Below, one piece after another: positions 39,301 through 52,645 of a DNA stretch of 64,000 nt (within the stretch, counting starts at the first letter, position 1; each line of letters opens with the position of its first letter). The position numbers and the translations under genes were made by a program. The notes beneath the pieces are model-generated. The model had not been told where the DNA came from, searched no databases, and saw nothing but the letters and a program-made list of their open reading frames with translations. Where the stretch lies: contig CM052817.1 in the NCBI GenBank assembly GCA_028534125.1, forward strand, positions 92,878,001 to 92,942,000, written 5' to 3'. The DNA comes from Lama glama. Its lineage: Eukaryota.

Positions 39301-41084
39301 TGCAGAGAGTCTGGATTATATTACAAGAAATAAAGATTGAAAGATTTTACTTCTATTCTGAAGTGGTGATGGGTGTGTCTAAGGAAGCCTTATAAAATGA
39401 CTTTAAATTGAGATTTACACTAGCATTACCTAAAGATTATGTCTGTTTGAGGAGACTGATTACCTGGCCCTGGAGAAGAACATTGCAGTTCCTTTCACTG
39501 GATAAGCTGCTCTTTAAACTGAAACTTTATATGAAGATGACATTAAAGAAAATTGTTTTTTTATGCCTGCTGTTTTTTAGTTGAAATCTACTTTTCATAT
39601 AGGAAAATGCACATGCCAGGTGTATAATTTGATGCATATTGGTAAATGTGTCTACCTGTATGTTAACTCTGGGGTTGATGGTCTTTCACATTACTTGGCA
39701 TTCTGATCAGCAGTGGAAGTTCTTAATTACAAGGAATTTTGAACACTTGTCAGATGAGATTATTTTACAGAAGTGATGGGAGAAAATGGTGCGTAGGCCA
39801 GGCCTAATTTTATTTATTTTTTTTTATGTAAAGGTGTTTTTCTCCTTTTTTTTCGTGCAATTTTAGTTCACTCTCATCAATCATCCTAATCTGCTTACTG
39901 CTTTTTATTAGGCTCTGTCCCTTAATTGAATGATAATTCCTTAGGCCCTTGCCTTGGTGAATTCAATCCATAGCCTGATAAAGGTATTTGAAGGATGATC
40001 ATGGTTGATTTTTTTTTTCTGCCACTGATATGAAAGCAGCAGGATGTGGAAAGCTAGAGAGGGGCTTAAAGCAAGATGGAGAAAGGAAGGTCAGACAGTG
40101 GCAGCTTGTGTGCGGACCAGTGTGGCCGCAGCTGGTGTCGGCCAGTCCTTGCCTGGAACTGTTCTCTTCTCTCATGTCACAACTTTGGCGGAGGGAAAGA
40201 CACATGCTGCTGATCTTGAAGCACCTTCCTGAGCTCTGAGGACAGCTTGACGCTCAAAGTGGCCCCTAAGGGATGTGGTATCAGTGCCGGGCATTGAGGT
40301 GGGGAGTGAATTCACTCACTTCAATTTTCTGTGTCCTTCTCTCTGTTCCTTCAATAATAATAGAGCTCCAGACATCAACAGTTTAGAGAAACATTTGTGA
40401 TCACATGGAAAACCTCTGGAAAGACTATAGAATGAGTTGTTCCTTAAGGTTGCTTCTAACACTGTGACTCTACAATTCGTATTTCAAACAAGGAAGTTGA
40501 GGCTCCAAGAAGCAAGTGACTTGAAAAATAACATACCTGATGAACCTCAAAATTCTAATGTGGAGAACAACTTTCCATCTGATAGTTTGATGGTGTAACT
40601 AGAAATCTGGGGACAAGAAGAGAAACAGTTTTTAATTAAAAGTTCAGATTTGTTCTGGATACCAAGCCAAAAACTGTGGTATCTCAGTTGTCACACGTGC
40701 TCGGTCAATCACAGGGAGCCGTGGGATTTGCAGCATTTTGTCCTGTAGGCTAGACTGTACTTGGACAGGCTAGTTCCCCTCCCCTTTTCTGTTTCCTTGT
40801 TCAGAGCTCAGCCAGCAGCATGGAGCTCTGAACTGACGTGTGCCCCATCAGCATGCAGACAGTTCCCCTCTCTGTCTTTGCTCCCTGGTCAGAATTTACA
40901 TTTACCAAAAGTTAAAAAACAAAACAAAACAACAACCACCATAATGAACCTGGTCAGTAGTCCTAGAACATAGTGGCAGAAATCAAAAGGAAGGGACAAA
41001 GGGCATGGAATAAAATTGTGCTACGTTCCTAATCTTTCACAGTGAGAGACAATTTTGTTGCCAAAATCATCTTATAAACTATCT

Positions 41085-42050
41085 TTAGTGGTGAAAATTA
41101 GTGAAATCCTGTGGAAGGGCAATTTGGCAATATACACAATTTTTTAAATTTGTATGGAAATTGATTGCAAAGATGATCCTAGGTTTTCATACCTTTGCTA
41201 ATGATCTCATGTACATGCTTTGGACTCAGCCATGTGGCTTGCTTGGCCAATGGGATAGTAGCAAACTTGACACAAGACTTGAAGACATGCTTGTATGTTT
41301 CTACTTCCTCCCATTGACCAACTAGGCTTCTAGGAGAAATGCTGAGGTTATCTAGACCAGCCAACAGCTAGTCAACGAGCAGACGTGTGGGAGAACCCCA
41401 CCAAGATGAGCAGAACTGCCTAGCCCAGCCACAGCTGACTGCAGATATATGACTCAGTCTAGCCAAGAAGAAGCACTAAACCAATATGCCATCTTGTGAA
41501 TGATAATAAATGATGGCCATCAACTGCTATGAAAAGATAGTTAACTGATACATAGAAGAGCCTTTGAAAGCAGTTTTTCCTTTAGGAATTTATATTAAAG
41601 ACACATACCTTCTCCAAGAAGAACTGTAACTATTCTTTTCTTATTGCAAACAATGCTCTAGGAATACTTATTGTAGCATGTCTGTTCACAAGAATATCGT
41701 AGCATTGCCCACAGTATGAAAGTGATTAGAAACTATATACATAAAATGTCATCAGTTGTCGGGGCAGTAAAGGTCTTTTAGGCTGAAAAGTAAGTATGTG
41801 GCAATTAAAAAGCATGGCTTAGATTTATATATTTTATAATACCACGACATGTATTGCTCAGTGAGAAAATGAGTTGCAAAATAATATTTAGACCTTCATA
41901 TTTTATAAATATACATATTTATATATGTAGGAAAAAATGCCTGCAAGTGTACCCAAATCAATGAGTTATTATACCAAGGAGCCATGAAGAGGGTAATAAT
42001 GAGTGATTTTCATATTTTCTTTTATATACTTGCATGTGTCTTAAATTTAT
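41085..42050 (+). mobile_element. Old L1 (L1ME-like) 3' region split by MLT1
   Basis: 'tgtggaagggcaatttggcaata' before and 'cctttgaaagcagtttttcctttaggaatttat' after the LTR. Confidence 0.6.
41151..41552 (+). mobile_element. MLT1F/G-like MaLR LTR
   Basis: 'gccatgtggcttgcttggccaatgggat...cagctgactgcaga...atagttaactgataca'. Confidence 0.8.
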
Positions 42051-43227
42051 CATTATATGTAGTGCTTTTGTCCTTTAAAAAATAAGAAAGACTTCTTAAA
42101 CATAAGGAAGGAGTTTTCAATGGAGCCATAAATTACTGAGTATATATTCATTGTGTGTGAGTCACCAGGTATCAGATCCATTGACATTCTTGTATTTGCA
42201 TACAACTTGCTACTCTGCGAGTGCTTGCCCCAATGTGAACTCATTTCTCTGACTTTGCTAGGGCTGAGGAAACATTATCACAAACTCTATAAAACTGGGT
42301 TTATTAAGTGCATCCATATTGTTTATGAGTCATAGAAAACATGTTCATTTTCCTATTCGTGTTAAAAGCCGCTTGGGGGATTGATAAAGCATTGCTTAGA
42401 AAATGCTCTGGAATTCAGATGAAGATGTGTTAGGATAAATCACTACTAGTTATCATATACTACACATTACTTAGAAGATAAAGATCAGAAACTGATTAAA
42501 TGCACGCTCTCTTTTTCGATCTTTCTGTAGCAGCACCTGGCCCCAAAGTCCTCTAAGAGCTTGGCAGGGAAGCTAAGAGGAGAGTTGCTCCTCCTCTTCT
42601 GATGTGATCTTGTGATACAGCAGGGTCTGGCTGAGTCTATTAGCAGCAGTGCTTACCGAGGGACTAAGAGGACCTAGGAGGTGCAGACCTTTGTGTGAGT
42701 GCTGCAGCAAAGAAGGAAAGACCTGGGCCGTATGTCCTTGACCTCAGGGAAGGGCTGTTGGCAGTTATGCTGCCTCTGTTATCCTGCTCTCCTTGCCATA
42801 TCTTTCATGAGACTTCCACTTAGTACTGTCTTTTCTAGTGTATAGCTTAAAAAACACTTACATTCACATTCTTTTTTTTTTTATGACTTTAATGAAAGCA
42901 ATTGGAGTAGTTCCTTTTGCCTTAACCATAATTAAAGCAGAATTAGTGTGTACTGTTAGTCTTTTCATAAAGCAGCTTTCACATTCTTAAGCATGTAATT
43001 TTGAACTGTATCTTAGTTGGATGAAATTTTATTAGGTAGATTTGCAAAACATAGTCATGGGTGATATATTTTCCGAGATCATTCACATCTAACAATCCCT
43101 TTTTGTTACTATGATACATAAATAAGCTGAGGGTAGATTATTGGGTCACATATTTCCCCTTATTTATTTACTGTTTTCTCTAATTGGATACTCCTGTAGA
43201 GAGCTTTGAGACAGATGATACGTTTTC

Positions 43228-43810
43228 CTTCATTCATTTAGCTCATGTTCATTGAGCTTCCACCATGTGACAGGCACTATTCTAGGTACTGAGAATGTAG
43301 AAATTAAAAACAAGCACACAAATATCTGTTTTCTTGCAGCTTAAATCCTAGTGAAAGGACAGACAATAAACAAAATGAATACATAAGTCCCTTACATCGT
43401 ATAGATAAATAAATAAATATAAGTAAAATGAGAAAAGGCAGGGTATGGAGTGCCAGAGTGAGGGCTATCTTTAAGTGGGGTTAGTCAGGAAAAGAGCCTA
43501 TGAGAAAGTGAGTGAACAAGAGTTGCAGGTATTTGGGTCAAGAACAGGGAAGGTGAGTAGCACAGTAAGTGCAAAGGTCCTGAGGTGAGCATGTTTGGCA
43601 TATTTGGGGGATAGCAAAGAGGCCTGTTTAACTGGAGCAGAGGAAGTGAGATCAGAACACTAACTGAGGTTAAGATCAAGTTAGGTCAGATCATTTGAAG
43701 AATTTGATTTATATCAGATTAAGATATAAAAACACTAGGTAGATTGAATCAAAGAAGTGACAAGGTCTGACTTAATGATTTAACAAAAATATTCAGGCTG
43801 CTTTTAGGTG
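43228..43810 (-). mobile_element. L2 LINE fragment
   Basis: 'ttcattcattta...ccatgtgacaggcactattctaggtactgag...gtgcaaaggtcctgaggtg...gaagtgacaaggtctgactta'. Confidence 0.85.
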
Positions 43811-44639
43811 ACTTTTTATTTGTTTGTTGTTTGTTTTCTTTTCCCTCATGAATATTCAGAGAAAACTTTTACATTTTAAAATAAAAGCTTTCTCGGGATA
43901 TACATATTAGTTACGTGGCTTTATATTAATATTTCTAATAACATGTTGCATCCTTTTGACTCACAAATATCTTCAGATGGGGAAAGTTTTCTACTGTAAT
44001 ATCTTTTAAGGTCTTTCTACTTCAGTTACTCTATTTTGTGTTTAAGAGTCACTGTTTAGCTGTTTATTGAATTGCCAGTGCTTGCTTGCCTTCCGGCTTG
44101 CGTTTTTTGTTTTAATTACTTTCCCATCACTGCTTTCTCTGTATTAGGTGATTTCCCCAAAACTGTCACCTACATTGCACAGTTATTTTTAATTTTTGGA
44201 GGATAGTGTTTTATGAGTCTATGCTTCTCTGGCATCTTTCTGCAGAAGTTGCTTGTATGTGTTTAACTTCTTTGAAAAGTTCTCATAAAATTTGCTTTTG
44301 TGGCTAGTTTAAACCTCATCACTATTCCAGTCTTCATGATGGCTACTCTAACCACATGACACCTATCACATGCATCAGAGGAAGTGGAATTGTGTGTAAT
44401 CAATGTTAAGGTTTCTCAGGAGATAGGATTTTCCAGGCAGCATGTATGATTTCTCTTAAATTTATTCTTTCATCTTTGACCCCAAAATATATCGAAAAGT
44501 AATTTGATAGAGGATTCAGTTTCTCTTTCTGAATTCTTTCAATTTCAGAACTCTATTTTTTTTAAGCTGTAGTGAAAAAACAAGGAACCTGGCTGAGGGT
44601 GTCTAGCAAATATTGTCATGAGATGTACTTACTCATTTC

Positions 44640-44952
44640 TTTTTTTTTAAATTGAAGTATAGTTGATTTACAGTGTTGTATTAGTTTCTGGTGTACAGTA
44701 TAGTGATTCAGTTATACATATATATATTCCTTTTCATATTCTTTTTCATTATAGGCCGTTACAAGTTACTGAATATAATTCCCTGTGCTATACAGTAGGA
44801 CCTTGCTATTTATCTATTTTATATATAGTAGTGTGTATCTACAAATCCTGAACTCCCAATTTATCCCTCCACCCACCTCCTTTCCTCCCTGGTAACCAAA
44901 TTTTGTTTTCTATATCTGTGAGTCTGTCTCTGTTTTGTAAACAAGTTTTTGT
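44640..44952 (-). mobile_element. L1 3' UTR fragment (cetartiodactyl type)
   Basis: Poly-T followed by 'attgaagtatagttgatttacagtgttg...ccctgtgctatacagtaggacc...ctggtaacc...tctgtgagtctg'. Confidence 0.92.
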
Positions 44953-44974
44953 CCCTTTTTTCCCTTTCTTTTTT

Positions 44975-45408
44975 TCTAATTTGTTTCTTAGGGCTGGTGT
45001 AACAAACTGCCACCAACCAAGTAGCTTGAAACAACAGAAATTTATTTTCACAATTCTGGAGATGAGAAGTTCAAAATCAAGGTGTCGGGGAGGCCATGCT
45101 GTCTCTGAAGACTCTAGGGAGGAATCTGGCCTTGCCTCTTCTTAGCTTCTGATGGTTGCTGGCAATCATGACTCTCCTTGGCTTGCAGCTACATCACTCA
45201 ATCCCTGTCTTAACATGGTCTTCTCTGTGTGTCTGTGTCTCTGTGTGTCTTCTCCTCTTGTAAGGTCCTTATTAGTCAACCCTAACCCAGTATAACCTCA
45301 TCTTTACTTAACTAATTGCATCTGCAAAGACCCTGTTTCCAAATAAGGTCAGATTCTGAGGTTCTGGGTAGACATGAGTTTAGGAGGGGACATTATCTGA
45401 CTTAGTAT
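44975..45408 (-). mobile_element. MLT1C-like MaLR LTR
   Basis: 'tagggctggtgtaacaaactgccac...aacaacagaaatttatt...tctgcaaagaccctgtttccaaataaggtc'. Confidence 0.88.
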
Positions 45409-45630
45409 GGTAGGGACTGCAGCAGTTAGTGAACACTTCAGGAGTAAGAAGTATAAAAGTTTTGGTATTTTTAAATGAAGGAAGATTGAAAACCATGGCT
45501 TGTCCTCTCTATACAACTAACTACTCAGTGTAACTCCAAGGCTTGATTCTGGGGCTTCTCCAAATCTGGGGCTATAACTGGGGATCAAGAAGGGAAGGAT
45601 CAAGAGAGGTACTATAAAATAAAGGACTTC

Positions 45631-45958
45631 ACAGATGGACCTAGAGATGATCATACTAAGTGAAGTAAGTCAGACAGAGAAAGACAAATACCATATGATA
45701 TCACTTATATGTGGAATCTAAACAAAATGATACAAATGAACTTATTTACAAAACTGAAAGAGACTCACAGACAAAGAAAACAAACTTATGGTTACCAGGG
45801 AGGAAGTAGGGTGGGGAGGGATAAATTGGGAGTTTGGGTTTGGCAGATACAAACTACTATGTGCGGAAGAGGTAAACAACAAGGCCCTACTGTATAGCAC
45901 AGGGTACTATAGCCAATGGTTTGTAGTAACCTGTAATGAAAAAGAATATGAAAAAGAA

Positions 45959-45992
<34 letters not shown>

Positions 45993-46077
45993 CAAAAAAA
46001 ACTGAATCACAGTGCTGTACACCAGAAACTTAATACAACATTGCAAATTAATTATACTTCAAAAATTTTTTTAAAAA
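45631..46077 (+). mobile_element. L1 ORF2 end plus 3' UTR (cetartiodactyl type) with internal (TA)n
   Basis: 'atggacctagagatgatcatactaagtgaagtaagtcagacagagaaagacaaataccatatg...ctactgtatagcacaggg...tgtacaccagaaact'. Confidence 0.92.
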
Positions 46078-48789
46078 GTTCATTGTTGTCTTATCTTAAG
46101 GGGATAAAAAGGGCTTTCAGTTTCACAATGAGCCTGTTTGTTTCTTAAAGTAAAAGTGAAAGGTTAGATCCAGACACAGGAGAGGACTACAGTGTGGGAG
46201 CTGCTCTGTAGCAAATACACACAGAAGCTGAGATGGTTGAACAGTGGTTTGAATAATGCCTTTCCAGGTACCTCTGGCTCAAGCAACTTCTCTCCACTCA
46301 CAGCCCCAGATCAAGAACAGGATCTGTCTTTCTTCTGGGAGAGAAAGCCTGTCTTCAGCCCTTCTGTGGACCTGACTTGGGAGGAGGTAGGGTAATGGAG
46401 TGGGAGAGACCACAGTCGTGGGGAGAGTGGGGACACCAGCCCTTGGCATTTTATCTCCTAAAAGGAGACATTCACGCCTGGCACCTTTGCCACCATCCTC
46501 CCACCCTGATCTCCTCTAATCGCCCGTGCCCATGGAGAAAAGGAGCTTGAATCCTACAACTCCTTGCTTGAGCTTAGAGTTCTTTTCAAAGCTCCAGAAC
46601 TGCCAAGAAAAACCTCTATCTTGTCGGGGATAAAGTACTAACTCAGTTGTCTCGTTTACATAAATAAGTTGATTAGGTTTGAAAAATAAAGTGTATTGTT
46701 GGCTAGTTAAGAGAAAGAACTTCTTAGTCACTTGAATTTCAGAAGTCTCCTGATGAAGAAGTAACAATGTCGGCAGGAAAAACTACATTCTCTATTTCAA
46801 TTACCTTTTATTATATGCCTGAGACTTGACCCTAAAGATACTATATAAATCTAATAAAGCCCAGGGTGATGTCCAGGCACCAAATGAGTTATTTCAGCAA
46901 CTTGAGGCAGAGAAACCTGTTTCCTAACCAAGTTTCAGGTGGTGGGATTCCCTCCTTGTTTGCACTTTATAAGTAGAAAGGAAAGTGAAAGTCCAACCAA
47001 ACACTCTCAGTTTCCAAGGAAACAGCATATTCTATTGAAAGAAGGGGGAACATGTGGACTCTCCAGTCTCTTTGACTGACTACAAGTCAATATCAATGAG
47101 CCTGAATAAATGGTTTGTCAAACCTCAGGGCCCTGCTGTCCTTGTCTGGATGGGAACTGTACACTGGAAAACAAATCCAGCGTTAACCAATGATTTCTTC
47201 AAGGGTGTGGTCTTGTCACTACCTCTTTTTAAGTAATTGGGTGGTTTTACTCTCAGTATGTCTTCTGATCCCTGCTGCTTAAATGAACAGCTACAGAGTA
47301 TAGAACATGTAAGGGTATAGAGTCAATTCAGACTAGTGCAATTCAAAAGATACACACTTTGAGTCTTATTCTTCTGGATCCTGAGCAGCTAAGAGTTTAG
47401 AGGCAGGCTTGAAACTGCGGCTCCCTGTAGATGAGCCGTTCCTAATTAATTGGCTTCATGTAGTCTCCAAAGATAGCTCTGCTTGCTACTTCTATGTGAT
47501 AAGATGACATCCCTTGGCTGTGTGAACATTAGGAGTAAGCAAGAAGAGCTCCAACTCAGCCTTGAGAATCAGATATACCGAGCATCAGGAACAGATCTTG
47601 AGTTGAGCGTGGATTTCCTTCAAAATCACACTATTTCCTCTTCCAGTATGATATAGTGTGAAGCTTCCACTGAGGGAAAGATGATCACACCCTGACTGTA
47701 TGTTCCTCAAGCTTTGATTTAGTAACAGATTATCATGCCAGTGTTGTTAGAGGACTTTGCAAGCTTTTAAAACATTGAGCTCCTTGTTCTAATCATGAAA
47801 GAAAACAAAAACAGACTTCAGGAAGCATTAGGAAAGCTTTCTTTAATGTTCATCTATCTGGTCTCTGGAATAGTGCTGAGCACATGTTAAACACTCGATA
47901 AGAAGTTATTCAACGATTAATTGGCTCTCAGACTATGACACTGTAGAAAGTTATTAGGAATGAATGGTCATTGAGAAAGGAGATAAAAATTTAAAAAGAA
48001 GAGTGAAGAGAATTTGAATAAAAATGAGGTCCTTGCTTTAGATGAGCTACTGTGGAAATTCTTGAACATTCCTTAAAAAACACTGATATTTTCCAATGCC
48101 CAGGATTCCTGATCGGTCTTGTGGATATGAGCGGCTGGAGCATGTCACCCTATTGTTCACCAGGACTGACTTGGTTGATTTCACTCAATCATCGCTTTTA
48201 TTCCTCATGGATCTAAATACCCTCTGGAAAATGAACTCACAGATGAAAAATGTGTTCTTGTCGCACAGACAGAGAAGAACATTCCTGGTTCCAGAGTCCC
48301 TCTCTCTTTGGATCATTTACTGATTCTCTCTCTTAAGACGCTAAGGGTGTAAGAAGGGAGAAAGTAGGAGTGTTGGGTTTGTCCGGGTCTTCATCAACCG
48401 GTTTCACTCCTTCTTCCTTATATTGTCTTCTTCCCCACCCTCTTTGCTGCTTTTCTAAAATTGTCAGTTTATTGAATGACCCAGAGACTGTATCAGTATT
48501 GCCTAGTCCTTATCGAATGCCTCAAACAAATGTTTGGCTATCAATCTATAATGATATTAAATTATAATCCAAGGCAAACCTAGAGTCTCTTGGTTTATAT
48601 GCCACTGTTGACAGGATTGTGAACATATAAATTCCAGACAGATGTGTGGCTCTGCTTAGATAGATGGAGAACAAAACATCTGCTTGGATGTGGAAAGGAA
48701 AACCTTTGTGCTACTAAATTCAATGGGAAAATCTTGGTGACTGCAGTGCTGTTTGATTTTTTTTGATTTGGTTGGTTTTAAAAATTTAC

Positions 48790-48892
48790 TTTTTATATTA
48801 TTTTTTCTCCTTAATGGAGGCACTGGAGACTGAACCCAGGACCTTGTGCACACTAAGCATGTACTCTACCACTGAGCTATAACCCCAACCCC
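48790..48892 (-). mobile_element. tRNA-Ala-derived SINE (camelid Vic-1-like)
   Basis: 'taatggaggcactggagactgaacccaggaccttgtgcacactaagcatgtactctaccactgagctataacccc' is a reverse-strand copy of the 34553 element with a T-rich tail. Confidence 0.85.
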
Positions 48893-48899
48893 AATCCTG

Positions 48900-50667
48900 T
48901 TTTTTTTTTCAATTGAAGTATAGTCAGTTTACAATGTTATGTCAATTTCTGATGTACAGCATAATGCTTTAGTCATACATGAACATACATATATTCTTTT
49001 TCATATTCTTTTTCATTATAGGTTACTATAAGATATTGAATATAGTTCCTTATGCTATACAGTGTAAACTTGTTGTTTATTTTATATACTGTAGTTAGTA
49101 TCTGTAAATCTCAAACTCCCAATTTATCCCTTCCTACCCCCTTTTCCCATTGGTAACCATAAATTTGTTTTCTATGTCAAGTCTGTTTCTGTTTTGTAAA
49201 TAAGTTCGTTTGCCTTTTTAAAAAGATTCCACATATAAGTGATACCATATGGTATTTTTCTTTCTTTTTCTGGATTACTTCACTTAGAATGACAGTCTCC
49301 AGGTCCATCCATGTTGCTGCAGATGGCATTATTTTATTCTTTTTTATGGCTGAGTAGTATTCCATTGTATAAATATACCACAGCTTCTTTATCCAGTCAT
49401 CTGTGGATAGACATTTAGGTTGTTTCCATGTCTTAGCAATTGTAAATAGTGCTTCTGTGAACATTGGGGTTTATGTATCTTTTCAAATTAAAGTTCCCTC
49501 TGAATATATGCCCAGGAATGGGATTGCTGGATCATACGGTAAGTCTATTTTTAGTCTTCTGAGGAATCTCCATACTGTTTTCCATAATGGCTACACCAAA
49601 CTAAATTCCCATGAACAGTGTAGGAGGGTTCCCTTTTCTCCACACCCTCTCCATCATTTATGGTTTGTGGTCTTTTTAATGATGGCCTTTCTGACTGATG
49701 TGAGGTGATACCTCACTGCAGTTTTGATTTGCATTTCTCTCAAAAGTAGCAATATTGAGCATTTTTTCATGTGCCTAATGGCCATTTGCATGTCTTCTTT
49801 GGAGGATTGCTTTAGATCTTCTGTCCATTTTTGGATTGGGTTTTTTTTTTAATTAAGTTGTATGAGCTGTTTATATATTCTGGAGATTAAGCCCTTGTCA
49901 GTGTCATCTTTTGCAAATATTTTCTCCCATCCCATAAGTTGTCTTTTTGTTTCGCTTATGGTTTCCTTTGTTGTACAAAAGCTTGTAAGTTTAATTAGGT
50001 CCCATTTGTTAATTTTTGCTTTTATTTCTATTGCCTGGGTAGACCGCCCTAGGAGAACATTGCTAAGATTTATGTCAGAGAATGTTTAGCCTATGTTTTC
50101 TTCTAAGAGGTTTATAGTGTCTTGTCTTATGTTTAAGCCATTTTGAGTTTATTTTTGTGTATGGTGTGAGTGAGTATTCTAACTTCATTGATTTACATAC
50201 AGCTGTCCAGTTTTCCCAAAAGCATTTGCTGAAGAGACTGTCTTTTCTCCATTGTATATTCTTGCCTCCTTAGTCAGAGATTAATTGACCAAAAGTCTGT
50301 GGATTTATTTCTGGACTCTCTTTTCTGTTCCATTGATCCATATATCAGTTTTTGGACCAGTACCATGCTGTTTTGATTACTGTAGCTTTGTAGTATTGTC
50401 TGAAGTCTGAGAGTGTTATTCCTCCAGCTTCATTCTTTCTCTTCAGTATTGCTTTGGCAATTCTGGATCGTTTGTGATTCCATGTAAAATTTAAGACTAT
50501 TCTGTGAAAAACGTCCTTGGTGATTTGATAGGGATCACAGTAAATCTGTAGATTGCTTTGGGTACTATGTCCATTTAACAATATTAGTTCTTCCAATCTA
50601 AGAACATGGAATATCTTTCCACTTCTTTAAGTCATCTTTAATTTCCTTAGTCAACATTTTATAGTTT
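48900..50667 (-). mobile_element. 5'-truncated L1 (~1.8 kb; ORF2 C-terminus plus 3' UTR), disrupted
   Basis: ORFs 49177-49464 ([18 protein letters not shown]...MEYYSAIKK...WMDLE) and 50345-50596 ([44 protein letters not shown]) are L1 ORF2p sequence; poly-T at 48900. Confidence 0.96.
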
Positions 50668-50961
50668 GTTTTTAATCTCACCTTCTGAAATTTCAAAATG
50701 TGTTAACATTTTAGCTAATGTAGTGTAAAATACATTAAGATAACATTGTCTAAAATCTAAAAAGGGATGGAGGAACCATGGGATTAAATGAGTGGCTGGT
50801 ATGTGAGTGAGAGAACTATGCTGATGGCCTGACACTGGAAAGGCAAAGAGAACCCACACCTGGGTAGCGCTTTCTTATCCCAGGACCCATTCAGGCACTT
50901 TGACTAGAATAGAGCATTTATACTTAGAACCACTCTGTTAAGTTTCAAGTTAACATTATTA

Positions 50962-51042
50962 TGAGGTTAAACCAAATGAAATTGCCATTTTTGCAGGTAA
51001 AAAAATGATTATATATTGACAGTTTCCAGTGGTTCAACCTAA
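50962..51042. mobile_element. MADE2-like mariner MITE (~80 bp), apparently inserted in a MIR
   Basis: 'tgaggttaaaccaaatgaaattgccatttttgcagg...gacagtttccagtggttcaacctaa': long imperfect TIRs, 5' TA. Confidence 0.8.
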
Positions 51043-52289
51043 TGTTCTCTTTTTATGGAGGAAAAAAGCTGATGTGTAGAGACAGTAAGTAATTTTCCCA
51101 AATCATACAGTTTCAAACCCAGATTTTATTAATCTCAAATCCATTCTTATTCTACCATACTGGGCTGCCTTCCAAAGAAGCTGTGTTGTTGCTTCTCTGT
51201 TGATGGTGAGGGAATCATTTAAAATGTCTCCTTCATGGTTTCCATACCCCTAATAATCTATTAATACCACCCATCTACTTGATAGGGTTGTAATTAGGAC
51301 CAGATGAACGTCTATGTAAGACTATTTGGGGAATATGTCCTGGACACTTATTATCATATTCCTTTTTCATTCTGCCCAGAAATGTGGCCAAAAGATATAA
51401 CATCAACCAAAATGGAAAACATAACTTTCCTTGATAGAAAGTATATCTTTACAGTCTCTCCCCTAGAATCTCTTAAATTTCTTACAATTGGGAAAAATTA
51501 TCTTCTACTCTAGAAAAAATTTCATAGCTTAGAAATAGTTTGCATTTGGAGGCTGAAAAGATTAAAACTGTGTAAACATCATTGACTTACTTCTTAGGGA
51601 TAGACTCTTGACTGGATTGTTCAGGAAGTTTAATAAGTTTAGACACTCACAGCACCTAGTACAACTTTTCTTACACGTAGTAAATACTCAACGAATATTA
51701 CATGGATAACAGAATATAGAAAGCAAAGGAGGGAGAATGAGAGATTAAAAAAAAAACTCTTACCATAAACTTTGCAGGATTACTGATGTCAGAATGTCTT
51801 TCTAGACTGCTGAATTTCTGAAGATTGTCTGAGGAATATAATATAGTTGTTTGAATAAGTAGGGTAATTGGTCTTACTTGAAGGTACGTGTGTAGAGTCC
51901 AAATGTGTACTTCTCTTTCCCTCGAGTGTGCCTGGAGCCACCAACTCTACTGGATGCTAATGAAACAATGGCTACCAGACAGACACGTTCTTGCCCTTAG
52001 CCAGCTCTCAGACACTCTGGTACTCTAAAGTCTCTGCTCGGGACATTGATTTTATGGAAGCGGAGTAGGCTCTTTGAGCAGGAAGAGCTTAAAGAAGATG
52101 AAAGAACAGCTGTCATTTGGGTCATTAAGGAACATTTACAGGAACAGGGAATCACAGGAAATTGTTTGGGACTTTGGATGTCCAGTCAGTGCTCAGCTGA
52201 TATGTACATGCCCAGCTCCCTCTGCCCAGAAGTGAGAATGTCAAGATTATGGAATGAGTGTGGACTCTGGGAAGGGAGGCACTAGCAGC

Positions 52290-52645
52290 CTAGCAAACCT
52301 GTGTAAGAATGAGAAGGCAGTACTTTTAGGTGCAGATCACAGCCATTAAGTCTCTGTCCTCAACCCCTCTGATCCTAGGAGTTTCTGCACACCTGTATTT
52401 GTTCAGGTTTTCAGCAGNNNNNNNNNNNNNNNNNNNNNNNNNNNNNNNNNNNNNNNNNNNNNNNNNNNNNNNNNNNNNNNNNNNNNNNNNNNNNNNNNNN
52501 NNNNNNNNNNNNNNNNNCTAGCAAACCTGTGTAAGAATGAGAAGACAGTACTTTTAGGTACAGATCACAGCCATTAAGTCTCTGTCCTCAACCCCTCTGA
52601 TCCTAGGAGTTTCTGCACACCTATATTTGTTCAGGTTTTCAGCAG
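52290..52645 (+). repeat. 128-bp direct duplication flanking the gap (52290-52417 / 52518-52645)
   Basis: Copies are identical except at 3 positions (G left / A right) and abut the gap exactly. Confidence 0.97.
52418..52517. other. Assembly gap (100 N)
   Basis: Run of exactly 100 N. Confidence 1.

Noticed and set aside
40304..40317. 14-bp palindrome GAGTGAATTCACTC
   Set aside because: A few such palindromes are expected by chance in a window of this size
49177..50596. Protein-like ORFs (95 aa and 83 aa, minus strand)
   Set aside because: Fragments of L1 ORF2p in a truncated, disrupted L1; not a host gene
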